From NCBI RefSeq assembly GCF_009914755.1, contig NC_060936.1: a stretch of 64,000 nt of DNA. The stretch is one strand, 5' to 3'. This DNA is from the human T2T-CHM13v2.0 reference genome, Homo sapiens. Of the stretch, positions 1 to 15,044 are shown piece by piece. Each line of letters opens with the position of its first letter. The stretch's first letter is position 1. The position numbers were made by a program, and so were the translations under genes. The notes beneath the pieces were generated by a model. That model was not told the origin of the DNA and made no database searches. It was given only the letters and a program-made list of their open reading frames with translations.

Positions 1-753
1 GGGAGAGAGAGAGGAGGAGAGAGAGAGAGACAGGGAGAGAGAGGGAGAGGGAGAGAGAGAGAGGGAGAGAGAGAGGGAGAGAGAGAGGGAGAGAGAGGGA
101 GAGGGAGAGAGAGAGAGGGAGAAAGAGAGGGAGAGAGAGAGGGAGAGAGAGAGGGAAAGAGAGAGAAAGGAGAGAGAGAGAGAGGGAGGGAGAGAGAGGT
201 AGAGAGAGAGAGGGAGAGAGAGAGAGGGAGAGAGAGAGAGGGAGAGAGATGGAGAGGGAGAGAGAGGGAGACAGAGAGGGAGAGAGAGAGGGGGAGAGAG
301 ATGGAGAGGGAGAGAGAGGGAGACAGAGAGGGAGAGAGAGAGAGGAGAGGGAGAGAGGGAGAGAGAGAGAGGGAGAGAGGGAGAGAGAGAGAGGGAGAGA
401 GAGAGAGAGGGAGAGAGAGGGAGAGAGAGGGTGAGAGAGAGGGAGAGAGAGAGAGGGAGAGAGAGAGGGAGAGAGAGAGAGAGGGAGAGGGAGAGAGAGG
501 GAGAGAGAGAGAGGGAGAGAAAGAGAGGGAGGGAGAGATAGGGAGGGAGAGAGAGAGGGAGAGGGAGAGAGAGAGGGAGAGGGAGAGAAAAGGAGAGAGA
601 GAGAGGGAGAGAGAGAGGAGAGAGAGAGAGGAGAGAGAGAGAGGGAGATAGAGAGCAGGAGAGAGAGAGAGGGAGGGGGGAGAGATAGAGAGGGAGGGAG
701 AGAAGGGGAGAGAGAGAGAGGGAAAGAGAGAGAAGAGAGAGAGAGGGAGGGAG

Positions 754-829
<76 letters not shown>

Positions 830-857
830 AGAGAGAGACAGAGAGAGAGAGAGAGAC
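1..857. repeat. (GA)n/(GGGAGA)n polypurine microsatellite, open at the window edge
   Basis: Almost purely G/A on the + strand. The ER-rich ORFs at 249-651 are translations of the repeat. Confidence 0.97.
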
Positions 858-1554
858 ATGCCCAAGACTGCAACACTATGTCCATACAAATTAGCACACA
901 TAGAAACATGTTTTAATACCCACAATATAAATCTTTTTTATTCCCATGAACTCAGTTCTGAGTAGTCTCCAAACATTGGCAGCTCAGTATTTCCTGGGTT
1001 CCACAAAGCCTAGGCTGGTCACCAATGTGGTCATGCATTTAGGGGCAAGGCATGGCCACTGCCATCTTAGCTTTGACACTCACCTCCTTCAGCACAGGGG
1101 TGAGGGGCTCCAGCTCCCTTATGTCTGGTAAGAAACCCCAAGCCCCCTCCAGGCACCCTAGCAGCAGACTTGAGAGGAAGTGGATATTCCCTTCTAGGTG
1201 GGGTATTGGACAAGCGTGGGTGTCTGTCCAGGAGCAGCATTGAAAAGGCAGGAGCTAGTGGCAAGGTGAGGAGGGTCTTTGGAATCTCAGGATGGTCCCG
1301 TTGTGACCCTATTACAGGTCAAATCCCCTGAGCACTTGTTCCCCAACAAGGCTGTCCTTTCTCTCCAGGAAAGGACACGTGGTTGTTCATGGCTTACACA
1401 CTGAGACAGTGTGCAGGCACCACCTCCACAGCCGGGCAGTGTGCTTAAACCAGGGCTACTACATAGAGGAGAGGCTCTGAGCCTCCAGAGCAATTTGTAA
1501 AACCTGCAGGAAGAGGAGTTATGGTAAGATTATTATTATTAACAACAACAACGA

Positions 1555-2125
1555 TTGGAATTTATTGAGCACTTACTGTATGCCAGGCTCTGTGCCAAGC
1601 GATTGATTCCTTCCTTCTTTCCATCCTCCCTTCCTTTATTTTCTTCCTTTGGCTCTTCCTTTATTCATTATTCAATCAACAACCTTCATCTTTGGATCTA
1701 TACATTCAAAAAGGCTTTGCTATGACCACTCTGGGTTGGGCACTGTTCTCAGACTGGGGACACCGTGGCAAACATGAGGGAGACAGTCCCTGCCCTCAAG
1801 GAGCTGATGTTTGGATTGGGAAACAGACACAGACACGAGAAGTTGCGATGATGACACATATGATGGAGAGAACACCACCAGGTAAAGGGATAGAGAGGCA
1901 GGGGTGGGTGGGGGCCATTTTAGAAGGGGCCATTTTAGTGGGGAACATTTTAGTGGGGATGACTACTCCAGGACACCCCACCTAGGAGGAGATATCTGAA
2001 CTTCAGCCAGGTGAGAAGGGATCAGGCTAGCAAAGGTCTGGGGGAAGATGGTTTCAGGCAGGGGGAATGTCAAACACAATGGATCAAAGCACAAGTTTGA
2101 TGTGTTTAAGTGATTTATATAAACT
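1555..2125 (-). mobile_element. Old MIR/L2 fragments
   Basis: tttattgagcacttactgtatgccagg motif plus an L2-like body (cagtccctgccctcaaggagct; ggtttcaggcagggggaa). Confidence 0.6.
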
Positions 2126-2147
2126 TTACATTGAATAGTCACAGTAG

Positions 2148-2630
2148 CAGAAGGAAGGAAGAGAAGAATGAAGAAAGGAAGAAAGAGAAGAAGGAAGGAA
2201 GGAGAGAAGAAGAAAGAAAAGGAAGGGAGGAAGAAAGGAAGGATGAAAGCAGGGAGTGAGAAAGAAGGAGTGAAGGGAGGTAGGAAGGAAGGGAGAGAGA
2301 AGAAGAAGAAAGGAAAGAAAGGAGGAAGGAAGGCAAGAAGAAGAAATAAAGGAAAGTGGAAGAAAGGAAAGAGATGAAAGAAGGAGGAAGGAAGGCAAGA
2401 AGAAGAAATAAAGGAAAGTGGAAGAAAGGAAAGAGATGAAAGAAGGAGGAAGGAAGGCAAGAAGAAGAAATAAAGGAAAGTGGAAGAAAGGAAAGAGATG
2501 AAAGAAGGAGGAAGGAAGGAAGGGAGGAAAGGAGAAAGGAAAAGGGAAGAAGGAAAGAAGGAAGGAAGGAAAAAGGGAGGAAAGGAGAAGGAGGAAGGAA
2601 AGAAGGAAGGAAGGGAGGGAGGGAGGGAAA
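2148..2630. repeat. GAA/GGAA-rich tract containing a 62-bp unit repeated about 3 times
   Basis: The C of aggCaagaagaagaaataaaggaaagtgg recurs at 2334, 2396 and 2458. Confidence 0.95.
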
Positions 2631-3952
2631 AATCATTGTCCTAGAAGTTATGAGAGTTAGGTTCACCTTCTCACAGAACTTCATGCCTAACCTTGAACAA
2701 ACCAGATGACCTCTTTCTGCCTCAATTTCCTCATCTATTTAGAGGGAATGATCACCCCTTTCCTGTTTACCTCCCAAGGTGGCTGTGCGACTCACTGTTG
2801 CAGAGGGAGTTTCAGAGGCCTGCCGTGCCGTGGAAAGGCGGGCAGGATTACTGTCACCGGTGCATCACAGACTTCACTGGGCCAAAGGTTTACTTGCAGC
2901 TGTTTTTGCAAAAGCGTAGCCGACGGGGCACCATGTCCACACACAACACTGGTTTGTTTCTCTAAATGAAACCAGGAATCTAAATGAAGACTTCTTGTAA
3001 ATCAAAGCAGCAACTACATTTGATTTAGGGATTATGAATATTGTTTTTCCAGGTCTCCTGCCAAATTACACAAAAGACTGAAAAGTTTAATACTTGGATG
3101 ACTTCATGAGTGAGAAGACATTGAAATAAATTTGAGGCCAATCAGTGTGAGTTTCATTTTCTAGCTGGTAACCCTTGAGGAAGACGGCCAGGTTTCCTGG
3201 GCTGCTGCTCCTGTCTGTCAAGGGGAAAGTAAATTCAATGACTTCGGAGACGTGGCCCAAGTCTCCCCTCCCGAAATAAGGAGTCACTCGGCGGTCTTCT
3301 ACTCCGTGGGGTTTACACGGCCCTGTGAGCTTCAACATTTACAGCGCCACTGTTGAGAGTCATTTCTAAATCCCATCATGACACATAAACGTGGAAATTA
3401 GATTCACTCTGGGCATCCTCGATTTCTTTGAGCATTGCTGGCATAAATTACAGGGTTCAATAACTCTGTGTCTATCCTCCCTCAAGCTTCACCTGCCTTC
3501 CTGATCAAGAAAGCCACCACTTAAATTGATCTATTAAATGGAAGCATGGATTTTTTTTTTCTATCTCGTCACAGGATCAGCTCAAATCAAACATCCAAAA
3601 CCATTACCCCAGGGCTCCTCTTCCAAATGGAATTTAGACGCATTTATTTCTGGGAGCAGCCTAATCTGAATAAATTGCTGAGCTGCTTTGGTGTTCTGTT
3701 CCCAGGGATCTGTAAATAATCTCATTTTCTTTCTCTTCAGGAGGTCTTCAGAGCCCTGTCCACCCATCATCAGCACTGTTCGGTGGTCACTTATCTGTGC
3801 AGGGCCTGAGCAGCCGCTAGAGAACATCTGTCTCAGACCTCAATCCCTATAGAGCCAGTAGCACATTTTAGAGAAGAGCACACAGCTCTGGCAGCATTGC
3901 AGAGGAAAAAGGAAAGTTTACATCCTTTTTCCCTCATGAAAATAAACAAGGG

Positions 3953-4304
<352 letters not shown>

Positions 4305-4351
4305 TCATTTTCTGGAACAGACCCTTCTGCAGCAAGTACACAACCTTCATG

Positions 4352-4663
4352 ATGATTGATTGATTGATTGATTGATTGATTTAGAGAGGGAGTTTCACTC
4401 TTGTCACCCAGGCTGGAGTGCAATGGTGGATCTTGGCTCACTGCAACCTCCGCCTCCCAGGTTCAAGTGATTCTCCTGTCTCAGCCTCCCGAGTAGCTGG
4501 AATTGCGGGTACCTGCCACCACGCCCAGCTAATTATTAGTGTTTTTAGTAGAGACCGCATTTCACTATGTTGGCCAGGCTGGTCTCGAACTCCTGTCCTC
4601 GTGATCCACCTGCCTCTGCCTCCCAAAGTGCTGGGATTACAGGCATGAGTCACCGTGCCCGGC
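4352..4663 (-). mobile_element. AluS with (TGAT)n tail
   Basis: Full antisense Alu. TSD ccttcatgatgat / ccttcatggtgat. Confidence 0.95.
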
Positions 4664-5408
4664 CCTTCATGGTGATCTTTACAGTATGTTACTGACTGTC
4701 AGGTTTCCTCTTAGCAATAAGGGGGTCCAGGAAACGGTTGTCTTGCAAATTAAGAATTCTTTGCAAAAATAGAAAACCAAATGATTTCCCAAAATTACTG
4801 AGGTACTTATTAGAGAATAAGAAAGATTAAGCTTTTTCTCTCAATACAGGTGCGACCCATCATGGTTTCTGTATGTGTTTTTCTAGCAAGACAAATGCCG
4901 GGAACTGATTGGCTTGTGTTTTATCTCGCATTGCCTTGGGAAATGAGCCTACTGTGTGGTCTAAGATACAGGAAAAGAAATGATGGGGTGAGTATTAATA
5001 CAACAGGAGAAATCAAAAATAGCCTTGCTGCTGTCAGGTCAATTCACACATATTCCTGCCCTGAAGTAGGACTCTGAAACGCTGGTGCAGCACGTCAGGG
5101 TTGCTTTGGATTACCATAATTTAGCAAATCATCTAATTTGTATATTAAGCTAACTCAATAGGCATGTCTCCTTGCTCTTTCATTGGGAGAAAAAAAAAAT
5201 AGGTGATGAATATCAAATAGAAGAAAAACAAGTCACTCTCCATTCTTTAATTTGCATTCTTTGAATGGCACAAAGAAAGGATAGTCCTTCCAGACTCTTT
5301 CTGACAGCCCCTCTCCAATAGGTGGGTCAATGTGGAAGTGATCAGTAGAAAATGAGGTCTAGTCTTCATAGACTCTGGCCATTTCTACCTTCTCTTAGCG
5401 TTTTCTGA

Positions 5409-5936
<528 letters not shown>

Positions 5937-7085
5937 TAGATGTTTTCTATAAAACAAACAAACAAAAAAACCTCACCTGTATCGAGTCATCTGTCTTTTC
6001 ATCTATCTGTGCTGTGGTTGCCTTTTATTTCTTTCTGTCTCTTTATCTCTCTGCTCTCTCTTGGACTTCCCATTGCTCTTGTTAAAATCAGTCTGGTTTC
6101 ACCACTCAGTTTCCCTCCCTTCTCTCCTTCCCTCCTCTCCCCTGTCCTTTCCCATGCCTTCCTTTTTTCTCTCTCCCTCTGTCTCTCTCCCTGGATATTT
6201 CTGTGCCTCTATCTCTCTGCCTGGCTTGTTTTCTGTCTCTGCTTTGTTCTGTCTTTGTTTTTGTTCATGGTTATTATTTCTGCATGTGTCTTTGGTACCT
6301 TTCTGTCTTTCTGTTTCTCTGCCTTTGACTCCTTATTTAGGCACGTAGCCTCTCACTCTTTCTTTATCTGTCTGTCTTTCCCACTCTGTCAGTTTCTGTC
6401 TCTGTCTCCCTCTCCATTCCCATCTCCTTTCCAAACATCCAGAAAACAGATCTATCCAAGGGATTGAGAATCAGCCAGAGACTCCAGCCAGGTCTATCCT
6501 AACTCGTGGACCTTCCGAAACCTGGCTTGCAGTGACCGCACATGAGGTTTTAGTCATGCTTTGATGAAGTCGCTATTGTGGGCTTGAGTTGCATGCTTTT
6601 CTTCCGGAGAATTTCTTTCAGTGGAGCTGCCTAATCAGGTTTAGGTGTTAATTAAATAACTGCTATTTGCATTCTTGTTCTGTGGCAACTTGGTGTTGTA
6701 TTAAATTTTAATTTGGCCTAAGCTGGATAAGATGATTCCTTCAGTCAACAAAGAAGGTTGTATTAGCAGGTTACAGATGTAATTAGGCAGAGCTTGACTG
6801 AAGTGCTAACAGATTCACATACAGGAAAGGAATTAGAGATGAGCACGTGTGCACTCATTATTCATTGTAGTTGCTGGGGTCTGTCAGTAACCAGGACCCC
6901 TCTGAATGAGTGGAAACACGGGGCACACAAATGCAGAACCGACTCATGTTGAAACCGGGGTGTTCTCCACCTTCTCCTTCCACTCTCTCCTCTGTTCTCT
7001 GTTTCTCTGTTTTCTCCCTCCAGCATTCTCTGCCTCTCAGCTGTGTGTTTGCTGTCATCTGTCTCCATCTCTCTCTGCCTGATGG

Positions 7086-7560
7086 TGTATTCATTTCATG
7101 CTTCTGCAATAACAAATTACCACCCACTAGGTGACTTAAAACAACAGAAATGCATCCTCTCACAGTTCTGGTGGCCAGAAACCCAAAATCAGTTTTTCAG
7201 GGCCCAAATCAAGGTGCCAGCAGGCTGTGCTCCCTCTGAAAATTCTAGAGGAAATCCTTCCTCGCCTCTCCCACCTTCTGCTGGCTCCAGGCTTTCCTTG
7301 GCTTGGGGTCGCTGTCTTCAGTCTCTGCCTCAGTAGTCCCATGGCCTTCTCCTGGTCTGTCTGTCAAATCTTCTGCCCCCCTCTTTTAAGGATGGATGTA
7401 ATTAAATTTAGGGTCCACCTGGATAATCTATGATAGTCATGCCATCTCAAAACCCGTAACTCAACCATATCTGTGAAGCCCTTTTTTTTTCTTTTGTCAT
7501 TAAGGGAAAATTTATAGGTTCCAGGGATTAAGTGTAGACGTCAGTCATCAACCTACTACA
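7086..7560 (-). mobile_element. MLT1-type MaLR LTR
   Basis: aataacaaattaccac...ttaaaacaacagaaatgcatcctctcacagttctgg...acctactaca. Confidence 0.85.
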
Positions 7561-7649
7561 GAGTCTCTGTCTCTCTTCTGTGTCTTCTCTCTCTCATCTC
7601 TAAGAAAAGGGACCTTTCAGAGGGACCCTCATCTGTTCCCTTTGGCCCA

Positions 7650-7953
7650 TTCCATAGACTGAACTGTCTCCTCCCAAAAATCATATTTTAAAGCCCTAAC
7701 GCTCTCTGTGATGGTATTTGGAGATGGGGTTTTTGAGAGATGATTAGGTTTAGGTGAGACCACGAGAGTGAAGTCCTCCTGCTGGAATTACTATCTTTAT
7801 AAAAAGGGAAGAGACACCAGCAGTGTCTGTCCTGAGGCCTCCCCAGCCATGCCTCCTGGACAGCTGCAGAACTGAGTCAGTTAAACCTTTTTTCTTCATA
7901 AATTACCCAGTCTCTGGTAGTTATTTATAGCAGTATGAGAACAGATTAACACA
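7650..7953 (+). mobile_element. MaLR LTR chimera (MLT1A0-like 5' part, MSTA-like 3' part)
   Basis: 5' part tgatggtatttggagatgggg...gattaggtttagg; 3' part ctgaggcctccccagccatg...aattacccagtctc...ttaacaca. Confidence 0.75.
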
Positions 7954-9946
7954 CCTTCCATCCCCTCATCTTTCATCTTTGTCAAAGTGCTATTCATCTT
8001 TGTGAACCCCAGTGGGACATATTATTACTCCTCATTTTAGAGATGAGGAAAAAGGAGACCAGTAAGACAGCCAATTTGCTGACGTGGGATCACTCAGGAA
8101 ACATGCAGTGTAACTGAGCATTGAACCCTCATCTGTGACCCTCAGCTCAGTGCCTCTCATGATGACCCCTCTACCTTCCCAGCAGTGAGGCCAAGGATGT
8201 GCCGCAGGAGTGTAGTAGGGTCTATTCTGATCTCTGGCTTATATGTGAAAAATGTGACCAGGGTGGGTGCCTTAAATTCTTCAGGATTATGTGAAAGCTG
8301 TAGAGACTTCAGGCCAGCAGCCCTCCCGGAAGACTCAAGATGAAAAGGGCACTGACTTTTGTTATGATAATGTCAGAGTGTCTTGTGGACATCAAGGACA
8401 GGGAATTAGCCACCCCTCCCTTAAGGACAAGCTGGAACCAACGCTTTTATTTCTGCTTCTCTCTGATAGAGAAAAGCTCTGTTTCTCAGTGCATGTCTCA
8501 GCCAATGACCACCAACTTTCCCAAGCTTATATCCCTTCTTTTCAAGAAGAAAGCTAAGACAGAGACTCGATGCCTAAATTTCATTCCTGTCGCAGACTGG
8601 CCTAGTTTGGGGCAGGTGTTCACCTATAAACCAGTCAGCAGCCCAGGGCAGGCAGGATCATGCTTCACTGTTGCTATCTCCATAGAGATGGTACCAAGAA
8701 AAGGGAATTTTCTGAGGGCTGGTTAGTATAGCACTGTTTGATGACTTCACATTCATTCAGTGGACACTGGTTGATCACTCTTAATGTTCTGGACACTAAA
8801 TTGGCCTCTATTTCACGGGCTTTATGGTCTCTTTAATTTTTCTTGGTGTATTTCCTCCATCTCTCTATGTTAGAAACTTTTAGCTTTATCGTTGCTTCAC
8901 TAGCTTCAAGATTTCCACAGAGAGGTTAAAGACACACCGGTTTTATATTTTGTCGCATATGTTTTGCAGATATATTTGATCAAGAAAACTTGCTGAGCCA
9001 AACATCAAGCCATTGGCCAGGAATCTCCCCTGTAGTGACCCCAAGTGGGGTCAAGTAGGTGGAAGTTACTACCTGGTTTCTCTAAGCTGCTGATGGGCAT
9101 TCGCTGCCTACAAGGAGAGAGAGAATGGAAGGATCTTTCAAACACTTTCCACTCTTCCCCATATTGGCTATCAACCGCTTGACATAAAAATCATGCATTG
9201 AGCTGAACTGAATTTTTATTGAATTTTTCACCAAGTACTATCTTATCTGAAATGACTTTCTTCATTTTCTTCAGGGAACAACAGATATTTGAGTTTTGAA
9301 AGCATATACCAAGATGCTAGTATGTTATCAGAGGACACAAAAATAGAGTTTAAATGTTGGGCTAGGCCGGCTCCAGAGATATCTAATGCCTAGCACTGGG
9401 ATTGCAAATTATCATTTAAGTTGAGCCAAACATCCTAGGTTTTCTCTCACTGAAGTTTACAGCTGTCTTGCAGCTTTAGAAATCAGAACTGAAGGCAAAG
9501 GGAGGAAAACAAAATAAAGTTATCATGAGAGACACATCCAGAGACTGGCGTGGGAATGCCAGCTGACAGCAGATAAAGAAAATGAACCTCTGAGTTGGTT
9601 CTTAAGCTGGGGCTTTTTGCATATAGCAGAATCCAGGATATAATAAACTATAAGCCTTGTTGTCAGTGTTTATGAGATTTGAGGATCCTGAGATATTTCT
9701 GCTACTAATACAACCTCACATTACATAAAATACATTTAATCAGTTATTTTGGGACATTTTGTTTAATCAAGGTGTTTGAAATTTAATTTTGACTTTTGAA
9801 GACTTCTTTTTAGATAAGATGAAATTTTAATTTCATGTATCTTATGAGATGACTGATGAAGCAATTGTCTTGTGGCAATTATGGACTTCAACTTTTGAGT
9901 ATCTGTTCAAATCTGGCTGTACTACTAAGTAGGCATTATTTCAACT

Positions 9947-10340
9947 GTATCCGTCAGGTGGTGAGAAACAGAAACAGTATGATACACACATATTTAAGAG
10001 ACACATTTCAAGGAATTGGCCTATGGAAAGGTAGGGGCTGTCTAAGTGAGTCCAAAATCCATTTGCAGGTTTTCAGGAAGGGAAACTACAAATCCCTCTG
10101 CAGGAACTGATGCTGTGGGACATGGGGAATTCCTTCTGTTTTTCAAGAAAACCTCTGTTCACCTCTTAAATTAGGCTTATCCAGCCAGATTATTGGTTAT
10201 AATCTATTTTACTGAAAAGTCAGTGATTATAGAGGTTAATCACATCTACAAACTACCTCTGCAGCAATATCTAGAGTGGTGTTTAATTGGACAACTGGGG
10301 TCTATAGTTTGGGCAAGTTAACGTATAAAATTGACCTATT
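9947..10340 (-). mobile_element. MLT2D-like ERVL LTR
   Basis: ttaatcacatctacaaactacctctgcagcaatatctagagtggtgtttaattgg resembles the reverse complement of the MLT2D 5' end. Confidence 0.7.
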
Positions 10341-12609
10341 ATTTTACTCAAAAGGTAAAATCTATAATTGCCACCAGGCAATTATCATCATTTTGAGCTT
10401 CAATCTTTTGTTAATAAAATGAGTATTACAATACCAGCCTCTTAAAAGGGATACTGTAAAGATTAATGAGATTATAACAAGAAAATTGATTACTTATTGA
10501 GGTGCTTACAAAGTACCAGACACTGTGCTCAGTACCAGATAATATGATGATAACATATTATCATCATATATTAATATGCTTTGTATAGTAATATGAATGT
10601 GTATCACCAAGAGGTAATGAATGTAAATTACTTAGCACAGGACTTGACAAATAATTAAGGCTTTATTAAAAGTTGAATGATATTAATTAAGTCCTTTGTC
10701 ACACTTATATATTATTATTTTTTGTATTTGTTTGGTTAACTGTTTTTTTTTTTAATCCTTTCTCATGATCTGAACTCCATGAGAACAGAAACCAAGTCTT
10801 AGTTCATTTGTCGTCTCTGTGCTGCATACAGCAGGCACTCAAAAAATACCTTCATTTTTCAATGAATGAAGGTGCATATGAGACAGAAAGAGGTGTCAAG
10901 TTTTGCTCAATCATCCAAGACATTAATGCAGGCCAAATAACACTTATAATATTCTTCCTGCCCAGGACCAAAGGGAGTCATGGGGAGATTACGGACAAGA
11001 AGGCAAGGTAGACGAATTAGATACATCTGTTTTGTGATTTCTAGCTTGGACCCTCCTTAGAAGGCTTTGACTCAAATGTCTAGAAATCATCATTTTGTAG
11101 GTGTTGTTACTCTCTTATTAATTTGGGAGGGACCTTATGATGTAGGGTGAAGAGCCAGATTTTAGAACTCTCATATGAATTCAAATTTTGTTTTGATTGA
11201 TTAGACCTTCTGGACCAATTATAACTTGTTTTTATTTTGTTTTATCTTGTATTGACACACACACACAATTTGCTTATTACACAAATAATATATAAAATAC
11301 TTACTCAAAAATAATTGTAAAGGTTAGGCCCACTCTTCTATTTATCTGTTGATAAACAGAAAATATTTAACACAAAGCAATAGTTTTTCCCTGTATCAAA
11401 AGTAGGCAGGAATAGTGCTTGGGGTTTCTGAGAAGTTAATAGAGAACTTTGAAAAAAAAATCAGTACAAATGCTATTTGTGGGGAGGTTAGAAAGATTTA
11501 CACAGTTGCAAATAATTGTGTAAGAAGCCTGGCAACATAGTGAGATGATGAAGAACAAAAGTATCCCAGACCCAAACATAGCTTAAGGACTAAATTTTCA
11601 AAGTCAAGCATTTTGGTCCAACCCCGGCCCCACCACTTTCTAACTCTTTGAACTTGGCCATATCATCTCAAGTCTTTGAGACTCATTTCCATTTTCTGTA
11701 AACTGTGGATGATAATCATAAAATTGAATTAATTCTTATATGGAATATTGGCTCCAATGTGACCATATAGTGCAAAAGTTGCAAATTGTCAAGGTAACCC
11801 CTGGAAAGCACTTGTCATATTCCTCTGAGATCACCAGGACCTGAATCCCTAAACACTCACAATAGAAAGAATTACTCTTTCTTATTTCTCTTTGCATGGG
11901 CTGTCTCCAAATTCTCTGTTACAACACAGAGCAAGATCCAATTTTTTAGAGGGTGTCAGGGGATCAGAGAGTAATTCTATTTTTCTCTCATTCTTCCTTC
12001 TGTTCTGAGATCATATAATCAAATGATATATTTGTTAAACATGTGTATAATGTAATTCTGTGAGGTTTTGGGAAGGAGAAAATAAGATGATGTTTATAAA
12101 AGGCATTGCATAATGATTTGTTATGTCAAGAAACATTACTTATATATGAGTTAGTATGTACATGTAGGGGTATATATCTCTGTAATTTTAACCCCCACTT
12201 AATTATAAGTTCCATTGGGTAGAGCATGTCCATTTTATTCACCCATCCTTATCATCCGAAAGGTACTCAATGTGTATGTAGAATGAATGAATATTAGAGT
12301 TATTCCAAGATACACTGGGCTCCTGTAAGAGTAACCACCCAGCCTTGCTAAAACATCCCCAGTGAATGTTCTGCCATTGCAAAGCTTCAAAAAGGAGAGG
12401 ATCTGAGTTGCAATATCTTTGTTGAGGTGATTTAACTTGGTCTTGAGACCTTAGGAATTATGATCCCAAGTCTTCATTTGATTTCATGGAATGCTTTTGT
12501 TCAGTGTAGAGACCGATGATGTCCTCTGAGCAGAGTGATGCACGAAGACCTTTGTGATCTAACAGGATGGAACTTATGTCTCCTGCCCTTCATGGGTTAT
12601 AATGAGGCT

Positions 12610-12850
12610 AATTATAATCAAAGCTCTCACTATGTGGCAGGCACTATTATAAGCATGTCAAATGTATTGATTCATTTAAGCCTGTTGTACAGGTAGATAA
12701 TACTATTACTATGAGATGTTACAGATGTGGCGACAGAAGCACAGACAGGTTAAGCCACTCACCCGTAGTCACACAGCTGGTAGGGGGTGGACCTACAGGT
12801 AGTTGGTGCTTGGTGGCTCCAGAGTTAACACTGACCAGCATGGGGACATT
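12610..12850 (-). mobile_element. MIR
   Basis: ctcactatgtggcaggcact...ttacagatgtggcgacagaagcacagacaggttaag core. Confidence 0.75.
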
Positions 12851-13305
12851 ATTGAATTACTATACAGTGAGCCTTCTCTGCAGCCATGGAAGCATCTTGT
12901 TTCCAAACTTGGTCCAAGGGGATAAGGTGAGGCAGAGTGTCTTCCCAGGCATGTGCTGTTAGACAATATCCGAAGCTATCTGCCACCTCCCGAGAAATGT
13001 GTGGGGAGCTCATTACTGAATAGCCTGATGTCACCTCTGTCCACAGCTCTGTTTCCTGGGTAAACGTAGGGCAGCTCCAAAAGAGCTCGCATACGAAGGT
13101 TTCCTTAAGGGTTTAATTCCTAGGAAGAACACATTGGCAAGTGGTGTGTGTCTTGAATGCATTCCTGCAGAGGGGACTGTCTGAGCCTTAGACAATGAGA
13201 TAAAGACACCACTGAAGATACTGGTGGGAAGGATCGACGCCAGGGTGGCAGAGAAGCAGTGGGTACTGGCAAGTCTACTATAAATTCCTGAAATAATTTA
13301 TGGGA

Positions 13306-13402
13306 GCACTTTGGGAGGCTGAGATAGGAGGATCACTTGAAGCCATAAGTTTGAAACCAGCCTGGGCCACATAGGGAGACCCCATTGGTACTGAAAAAAA
13401 AA
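13306..13402 (+). mobile_element. Truncated Alu monomer (FLAM-like)
   Basis: gcactttgggaggctgagataggaggatcacttg...cagcctgggc followed by an A-tail. Confidence 0.8.
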
Positions 13403-14414
13403 ATGGATAGTCTTTTGGTTATATGTAATAGAAACCCAAATTAAACTGGCTTAAGCCTTCTCTTCCTTAAAATAAGTTTATTGGCTCATGGAACTAAAAG
13501 GGTTGTGATGATTTTTGTCCAAGTTGGAGTCTGAGCGTCTTCAGGATTCGGTTTCACCCCATCACTTAGTTCTGCTTCCCTCTGTGTTATCTGCATTAAT
13601 AAGATATTTATTTTCTCTATGGCCACCGCCACCCCATGCCCCAATCGCCATGGTTTTTATCTTTCCAGTTTTAATTCCAGTGGACAAGTTCATACCAACG
13701 AAAGCCACAGGAGTAGACAGGACTGGGTCTGATGCCCATTCCTGAATCAGTCTTTCTCTGGGTGTGGGATGGGTTATGTTGATCGGCCAGGCCAGGGTGC
13801 CATGCCCATTGCTAGGACTGGGGCAGGGATTAATTCAGCCTGAACATGCTGTGAGGGTAAAGAGGCCTTAGTTCTTCAGAGAAAAACCGAGGTGTTTTCA
13901 TCAGGAACAGAAAGGAGGGGGTCTGGAGAGAACTGGTGGCCACCCTCTCTATTCCCGATGGCGGCTCCCATGAAGCCTTCTCCAAGGACACAGAGTAGGT
14001 CCACGCACAGTGAGTGTCTGCTCTGTGATGTGCTCCAGGCCAGGCACCACAGCAAAGCAGGGACGCAGATGGAAACCTCAGTAGGCATTCTGAGGTCTGG
14101 TTTGGGAGAAAAATTTCAAGATGCCAAGCATTTGTTGAGTATCTGCTCTTACGGCAGGTCCTATGGGGATTACAAGGAGATGAATCAGACCCAGATCGCC
14201 AGGAACTCACAGATAGGTGGTGGAACATGGAAAAGCAGCACAAAATATTCAAAATTCAAACTAAAATGTGGCAAAGTCCATACAAAAAATATAGTTAATG
14301 TGCTCTAAAAATGTAAAAGAGAGAGAGCTGCCTTTTGATCTACACTGTTGTCCATCCACACATTTCTTGTGACTTTGTGGTGTGCAGATCTTATGTCCGC
14401 CTCCCTTGATCAGA

Positions 14415-14740
14415 GCAGGCACCATGATGTGTCAGGCAAAATGAAAATGTGGGGCCTCTCTTCAAACAGCAGGAAAATATGACATTAAAGGTACTACCTT
14501 ATAAAGTGTTTTTCTATCTTTCACAGTCTTTCTCTTAACTTGGCATACTCTTCTACATTTGCTATTTGATATCTTTAAAGAAAATTTTAAATTTAAATTA
14601 TTAGTCTGAGGTTTATTATTCATGTTCGTTGTGTACAATGACAGACTCAAATGCAGATACAATAGTATTTAACTTGTGTGTGAAATCTCTTAAATGAAAC
14701 AATTTGTATTTGGTAGGTAGTCATGCATGCAAATACATTT
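14415..14740. mobile_element. MER45-like hAT DNA transposon fragment
   Basis: gcaaaatgaaaatgtggggcc motif. Confidence 0.5.
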
Positions 14741-14741
14741 T

Positions 14742-15044
<303 letters not shown>

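Noticed and set aside
1910-1960. Three ~15-bp repeats (ggggccattttag)
   Set aside because: Short slippage duplication inside an L2; no further structure.
249-2684. ER-rich, K/R-rich and F/L/S-rich ORFs
   Set aside because: They are translations of GA and GAA microsatellites.
13830-14308. Overlapping 138-140 aa ORFs
   Set aside because: No recognisable family, no clear exon signals, partly in old repeat sequence.
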